64,000 nt of DNA, taken from NCBI RefSeq assembly GCF_009914755.1, contig NC_060945.1. The stretch is one strand, 5' to 3'. The notes under the pieces are model-generated. The model searched no databases and was not told the DNA's origin. It was given only the letters and a program-made list of their open reading frames with translations. Below, piece after piece: positions 56,873-64,000 of the stretch; the stretch's first letter is position 1, and every line of letters begins with the position of its first letter. Made by a program: the position numbers and the translations under genes. Origin of the DNA: the human T2T-CHM13v2.0 reference genome, Homo sapiens.

Positions 56873-56962
56873 TGCCTATTGCCTTTTTTCTTTCATATAT
56901 ATGTGAAAGAATATAGCATAGGCAAAAGTATCTTTCCACTTCTGCTTATGCTATATTCTTTT
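56873..56962. repeat. Triple inverted-repeat cluster (A'-A-A'')
   Basis: 56905-56929 pairs with 56938-56962 (25 bp, 1 mismatch, 2 G:U). The same arm also pairs with 56873-56895. Confidence 0.9.
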
Positions 56963-57577
56963 CTCCTTTTTCCCCTGTATGTGTTTCTCTAACCACCAGT
57001 GTTTATTTCCTCTGTACATTTGAAACCTTTCATGATGTAAAGGGCCTTCCTGATTTTGAAAATGACTATTTTTGGTACACCAACATGACATATGGCTACA
57101 TTCTTCAGCCACTTCAGATGGTGCTATGCAAGAGTCACATCCCTCATACCACAGTGGCCCAGTACCAAGTTGTTAATTGCATTGACATGCTAATCTTGTG
57201 CCAGTGAATATCGCTGCCTTGCTACTGTATTGATATTTACAAAGCATATCCTGTATAGACATTTAGTTTCTGTTTTATTATAGACCGGCGTTATCAATAT
57301 TTTCTTGCTTGATACCACAAATACATTTTTTAATGTGGCTTTCAGTATAGCATGTATTGCCTGTAGCAAGTATTGCATTCAACACTGATAATTCTGAGTA
57401 AAATTCACACTGAGATCATCAGGCAAGCAATTAGTGGCAATTGCTTTCTGTTATGGAAAACAACAAATCTTACCCTCAGTATATAGTTAAATTACACTAT
57501 TAAAATACACTACATGCAGATGCCACATTGTGGACAGAGTGTGACTGCAAGTCAGCTATTAATGTTTCCATTAGGAT

Positions 57578-57842
57578 GTATGAATTTCTTATTGGATTGA
57601 GTTTATTTGTAACTATATTTTCCTTAAACCTCTCCGTGAAATAGTATAATGTTAAATAAGTTATATTTTACATACCTTAACAGTTGTAAATAAATTTAAA
57701 GATATAGATATAGACGTATGAATTTCTTGTTGGATTGAGTTTATTTGTAATTATATTTTCCTTAATCCTCTCCAAGAAATAGTATAATGCTAAATAAATT
57801 ATTTTACATACCTTAAGGGTTGTAAATAAAGATATAGACGTA
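57578..57842. repeat. Tandem duplication, 138-nt and 124-nt copies
   Basis: Both copies start gtatgaatttctt(a/g)ttggattgagtttatttgtaa (57578, 57716) and end gatatagac. Confidence 0.95.
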
Positions 57843-59815
57843 AACTTAGTTTTTGACTTTGAATATCAAGAAATTTGGCTTCTCTTATAGTTGTTCCTTT
57901 AATCAGTTGTGTGTTCTTAGATTCTTCATGTCCCTGGCTTTTTCAATTTAGTTGAACTGTTGAATTAAAATTTATTTGACTATTTAATTTCCAGTCAATT
58001 CAATGTACAGTTTAAAAAACACTGTGTAAGCCATTAGATAAATAATTGTGACTGAGATACATTCTGACCCCCAAATGGACATCATTTGGTGTAGAAACGA
58101 TCAAATAGATGCTTCCATTGCCTAATGACCATGATGAGGGAAATCACAGAATGCTGTGGGTGCACAATTTAGGCCACCTCATCTAGAACTGAAGAGTGTG
58201 GAAAGGCTGTGTTTAGAAAGTGAGGAGCTTACTTTTGAACTCAGTCAGTTGAAGGGAAGGGCAGGTATATGCCGAGCTAATGGAAAGCCATAGGCAAATG
58301 TATCTGTGTAATATTTAGCACACCTAAGTACAAAGATGTACCACCATTTATGGGATGTTAAGTTGTTTTCAGTTTTTGTTATTAAAATAATAGTGCATTA
58401 AAAGTCCTTTAAATAAACTTTTATAATATTTATAATTATTTTCTCTGGATACATACTGGATTGCAGAATCAAGATTATAAAGCTGTTTTATCTTCCTGAG
58501 AATTGTTTCAATTATATTCCCTTTAATAATAGATGATAGGATTCACAGCACCAAAATGTTTCAAACCCTGAAAATTATAATTTTATTTCTGTATTTGATT
58601 GGGCATATAATAGACGTTGGTTAAAATAGCCCTATATTGATATCTGAGCCCTAAAACTTATTGTGGGAATGAGCTTGGCATCTCTTAACTCAGATCCCTT
58701 TTCCATAGAACAGAGATTATTCCTTCCTTACAAGGTTATTAAAAATATTAAATATAATAAAGTATATAAACAACTTACCTTCATATAGAAATGATTCAGT
58801 AAGCATTTCAGACTTGTATGTGAGATTGTCATTAAAAACATTCATTAAAGTAAAATAGGACAAGGACTTCTAAATGATTACTTCTGCATTTGTACTACAG
58901 ATAAGTTACATATCTGATATTTATATAATTAGTAGATATAACAAAACTGGATATTGCTTTTTTAAGTAGTTTGCAGTAATAAAATATTTAAAAGTTAAAT
59001 GACTTAAATTGATATTTTTTGATGTGATATTAAGTTCTAAGTAGTTAATATTAGTAACAATAATCAGCATAAATATGAGCAAAATTTTAGCTACAGCTTA
59101 CTTGAGAATTATGCTTTCATGTAAAAATAATTATAAAATCTTCTCAAATAATTATGCAGGCAGGAAATTGAGAGGTTACAATATTTGGCATTTGATTTAG
59201 ATCGTAGTCCTGGGGTGGAGGAAGAGTGAAAACAACATTTGTATGTTTTCACATTTAGATTTTTAAATAAAATTATACATTGTTTTCTCTTAACTTCTGT
59301 GATAGAGATCTAGAATACAGACCTGAAAAAATTGATAGGGAATCGTAAGAATAGGAACTGGTTACTTTTCAAATTAATTATTGTTGATTAATTTATGACA
59401 TCTGTGGTTTAGTAAAAATGGGAAATATGGATACTTTAGGGAAAAAATGTTTAGTTATGTTGTTGCCATTCCAACTTAGATTTCATACCTGAGTCTTCAA
59501 AATAATTTATAGAAAAAGTGACTATGACTTAAACGAAATAAAAAGTGAGGAAAGAACCATTTATTAGATTTTATCCTAAACTCTCACTTTATAGTTTGTT
59601 CCAGAAATAGTTTCTACACAAGTAGATAGTCATTAACATAGTCAATATGTATTTTTTGTCAGATTAGTAAGAGCAAATTTAACTCTGGTTCTCTTATATT
59701 TTAATAATTGGTAATTTATGAGTGTATGTTAATCCTATTAAATTATGTGATAAAAGTATTCAAATGACATATATTTTCGTGAGTTCTGATGCACTGTGTT
59801 AAATACACAAAATTA

Positions 59816-60134
59816 GGCTGGGAGCGGTGGCTCACGCCTGTAATTCCAGCACTTTGGGAGTCTGAGGCGGGCGGATCTCGAGGTCAGGAGATCGAGAATC
59901 ACGAGGTCAGGAGATCGAGACCATCCTGGCTAACACAGTGAAACCCCGTCTCTACTAAAAATACAAAAGATTAGCCTGGCTTGGTGGCGGGCACCTGTAG
60001 TCCCAGCTACTCAGAAGGCTGAAGCAGGAGAATGGCATCAACCCAGGAGGCGGAGCTTGCAGTGAGCGGAGATTGCACCACTGCACTCCAGCCTGGGCGA
60101 CAGGGCGAGACTCCGTCTCAAAAAGAAAAAAAAA
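59816..60134 (+). mobile_element. AluY-like with internal 23-nt tandem duplication
   Basis: 15-nt TSD aaatacac(a/g)aaatta at 59801 and 60135. Confidence 0.95.
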
Positions 60135-60260
60135 AAATACACGAAATTAGAATTATGTGGCTTCTTTTTATACAGTAGAAATAACTAATGCTTATACTAC
60201 TTAAATGATTATTTAACTTAAAGAAAATGCCTATAATTATTTTATTATATTGTATTACAG

Positions 60261-60448
60261 ATGCCCCCAAGTTTATATCAAACCAAACAATTTATTACTC
60301 TTGGGAAGGAAATCCTATCAATATAAGTTGTGATGTGAAATCGAATCCACCAGCATCAATTCACTGGAGAAGAGATAAATTAGTCTTACCTGCTAAAAAC
60401 ACGACCAATTTAAAGACTTATAGTACAGGAAGAAAGATGATATTAGAG
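60261..60448 (+). CDS. NCAM2: NCAM2 internal coding exon (188 nt, phase 1 in / phase 0 out), N-terminal half of Ig-like domain 5
   Basis: Acceptor tattacAG at 60260 and donor GAG|GTAAGT at 60449. T+AT completes Tyr with the previous exon. Translates (Y)[62 protein letters not shown], with Ig Cys and Trp and sequons NQT, NIS, NTT. Confidence 0.97.
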
Positions 60449-60713
60449 GTAAGTCCACATGTATACATCAATAAATTGTATTATTTTAACAACTATCTAC
60501 TATTTCAGAATATATTTAAATATCTTCATATGCATATATATATATAATAAGAGAGAGAAATCATGGTGTATATATTTTACAGTTATTTACTTAAAGGTCC
60601 ATGGCTCATTAATGATGAGTGTATGAATGTCTATTCACTTATATAGCAATGTGGCTATATAGCAAAGACCATTATTTTTATAAATGCACTTTTAGGAATA
60701 AAAACAATTATAT

Positions 60714-61378
<665 letters not shown>

Positions 61379-62137
61379 TCTTCAATGTTGATGTTTTCAT
61401 TGATTCCATGTGGTATAGCTTTTTTTTCTTTTCAGTCTGGCAGGTATAAATGCTATCTGTTGGCTAGATTTTTACAATTCTAGTGTAAATTCCAAAATAA
61501 ATGAAATTTACTTGTTCAGTATCTTTTGTTTTATTACTAAAAATAAGATTTTGTATAATTATTTTTATATTGCCAAGTAATTGGCCTTTAAATACTGTCT
61601 GAATAAAGTGCCTCTTATTTATTAATTGGAGTGTATGTGTGTATCAATTTCCGAAACATAAAAAAATCTATGAAAATGATCATCACCCTTTCCAAATTAT
61701 GATGCGGTTAGGAAAATTGGGAATCTTTTTCACACAGCCTTATTTGCTGAAAGGTTGCTACATTTTATTCACTAATTCAGTTTGCATAAGCTAAAATGAA
61801 ATGCACGTTTTAGAATACCGTCTAATATCCATACTGCCTTAACTTAAAATGTCCTCATTGATGCCATTTAGACTTAAAAAAAATTCGTTTGATAGGAGGA
61901 TTTAGCCATCATGTCTGCAAATACTTGCATAGCTGGCTGGTTGGTAATTAAACCGCTATGTCTAAATCAATTTCAATATAAATAAGTTTCTTTGGAAATA
62001 TTTTAGAAGAATTAGCTATTTGTGACTTGACAGGGATGTCAATTTCATAAAAACATCTGGACAGTTTTAATCTAAATTTTATGTGTTTTACCTTAGTGAA
62101 AAGCTCAGGTTAGATTTAACTTGTTTTGTGTAGTGTG

Positions 62138-62518
62138 TAGTCTCCTTGAATACTTTAATAAAATACTATAGACAGGATGGTTGAAATCACAGAAATTTGT
62201 TCTGAGTTCTGGAGGATAGAGGTTCAATATCATGGTGCCTGCCAGGTTGCTTTCTATAGAGGACTCTTCCCTGGACTTGTACTTGGCCGCCTTCTTGCTG
62301 TGTCCTCACATGCCCTTTCCTCTGTGCGCACACAGAGTTCTGGTGTCTTCCTTTTCTTGTAAGGATACCAGTCCTGTTGGATTAGGTCCCACTCTTATTA
62401 CCTCGTTTAACCTTAATTACCTTCTTAAAGATCCTATCTCCAAATTCATTCACACCGGAATTTAGGGTTTCAGTATATGAATGGGCAGAGTGAGGAGGCG
62501 GGCATTTCAGTCCATAGA
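62138..62518 (-). mobile_element. MLT1A/B solo LTR
   Basis: cagaaatttgttct...gagttctggagg...ccagtcctgttggattaggtcccactct...ttcagtccata. Confidence 0.8.
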
Positions 62519-63584
62519 AAGTAGATTGAATTTCGTGAGTAAATGACAGACTAATGTGTAATTTCTGCTTTACTTCATCTTGACATTTTTTAGTTCCTCA
62601 GCCAACTCATAATTCTCTATATTTAATGTGAAGGGACATTTTATACATACAACATAGTATATAGTGTATGCTATTTAAACTTCTGCCTAAAGACATCCCT
62701 CTGCACTCCAAAATAAAATTTTAAAAAACCCACAATTTTTGCCTACTTGACACACAGCCAGGTGATCTGTTGGCTAAACCACTGACTTTAAACAGACATG
62801 TTTATGTGTATACTCTCACAAATTAAATTTAAATTCTGAATGAAAAATATAAATGTGTGATTAACACAACTTGAAAACATAGCATAACAAAATAACAATA
62901 ATATAAAGAGAAAGCAACAATGAGCATTACTAATATTTAATTATTAGTATATACAGTTGCTTGAGACAGTTACTTTTGTTTAGTAATTATTGTAAAAGTC
63001 ATATATGTGCTAATTCTTTAGAATATAAAAGGAAATATAGGAAAAGTTTACACTTAACAAGTTGTCAGTAATAAATTTATTGAATTGTTTTAAAGATTTT
63101 TTCTTTAAGTATATATATTCAAACTTTTAAAATTGTGTGTTTTAAAACATAACCAAATATTCAATAAATTATTTAAGTTACTGCCAATAAATGCCTCTGT
63201 AATCTGTAAAGGTCAAGGTCATCAAAACTTTATTTTTTTAACTGACCACATCCTGAGGAAATTACAAAACTTTTCAATATGTGGGCAAACATTGAAAGAA
63301 GGATTGGTTTTAATAGGTTTGTTAGAATAATATTGTGCTTTGCATTGTCTGTATCTTTGTTTCATATCCTAAATAGGGGTGCTTACTGTTGTGTCCATGA
63401 CTTTCTTATCATGGAATACATAGAAGAAATAAATATTTTTAGGTTTAAGAAAAAGACTAGCAAGCTTCTTGATTAATATTATACACTTAGCTTATATTTA
63501 GATATTCAAAACTATATTTGTTAGTTCACTATACTCTGTCCAAACCTAATATCATTAATTAATATCAGCATTTTTAGCTGGATA

Positions 63585-64000
63585 CAGATATACCTTGGAG
63601 ATATTGCAGGTTTAGTTCCAAGAGCACCTCAATAAAGTAAATATCTCTATAAAGCCAGTCACACAAATTTTTGCTTTTTTCAGTGCATATAAAAGTTATG
63701 TTGGCACTATAGTCTATTAAGTGTGCAAAAGCATGATGTATAAAAGGTCTACATAACATAACTGAAAAATAATTACTAAAATTTTCTGGGAATAATTTGA
63801 GATTTAAGCAAGTTGTAACTTTTTTCATTGGTGAAGCGTTTTGTCGCAAGGTTGATGGCTGCTTACTGATCATAATGTTGATTGCTGAAGGTTGGAGTGG
63901 CTGTGGCAGTTTATTAAAATAAGGCAACAGTGAAGCACTTTGTTAATTAACACTTCCTTTCATGAAAGATCTCTGTGTAGCAGGTGATGCTATAAGGCTA
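63585..64000 (-). mobile_element. Tigger1 (TcMar) 3' end, runs off the window
   Basis: TA target, then TIR cagatataccttggagatattgcaggtt. Minus-strand peptide YFNKLPQPLQPSA...QPSTLRQ resembles the Tigger1 transposase C-terminus. Confidence 0.88.

Noticed and set aside
57578-57842. Repeat units considered as a CRISPR-like or regular array
   Set aside because: Only two adjacent copies, no spacers, and a eukaryotic context

Overview
AT-rich primate (most likely human) genomic DNA lying inside the neural cell adhesion molecule 2 gene (NCAM2), transcribed on the + strand. Only two coding exons are present. The first is a 151-nt exon at 23894-24044 (C-terminal half of Ig4, SPDGRIEV...YLDIE; exon 9 by my recall of the gene) and the second is a 188-nt exon at 60261-60448 (N-terminal half of Ig5, YAPKF...KMILE; exon 10). 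They join in frame across a 36,216-nt phase-1 intron. The rest is intron: about 14 Alu/FLAM copies, L1 fragments of many ages, L2/MIR, solo LTRs (MLT1, MLT2A, THE1, MER11, MER52, MER31), hAT and Tigger DNA transposons, and microsatellites. Nearly all ORFs in the track are repeat-derived or chance. I see no evidence for a new multi-gene system. The most notable sequence-level observations are three separate fold-back/palindrome structures (one at the 5' junction of a tiny L1 insertion), candidate cryptic or terminal exons (two next to UG tracts), the frame-symmetric 339-nt exon pair, a Pro-encoding allele at the start of the first exon, and a sense-oriented MER11 LTR. Repeat subfamily names are from recalled consensus sequences and need RepeatMasker/Dfam confirmation.
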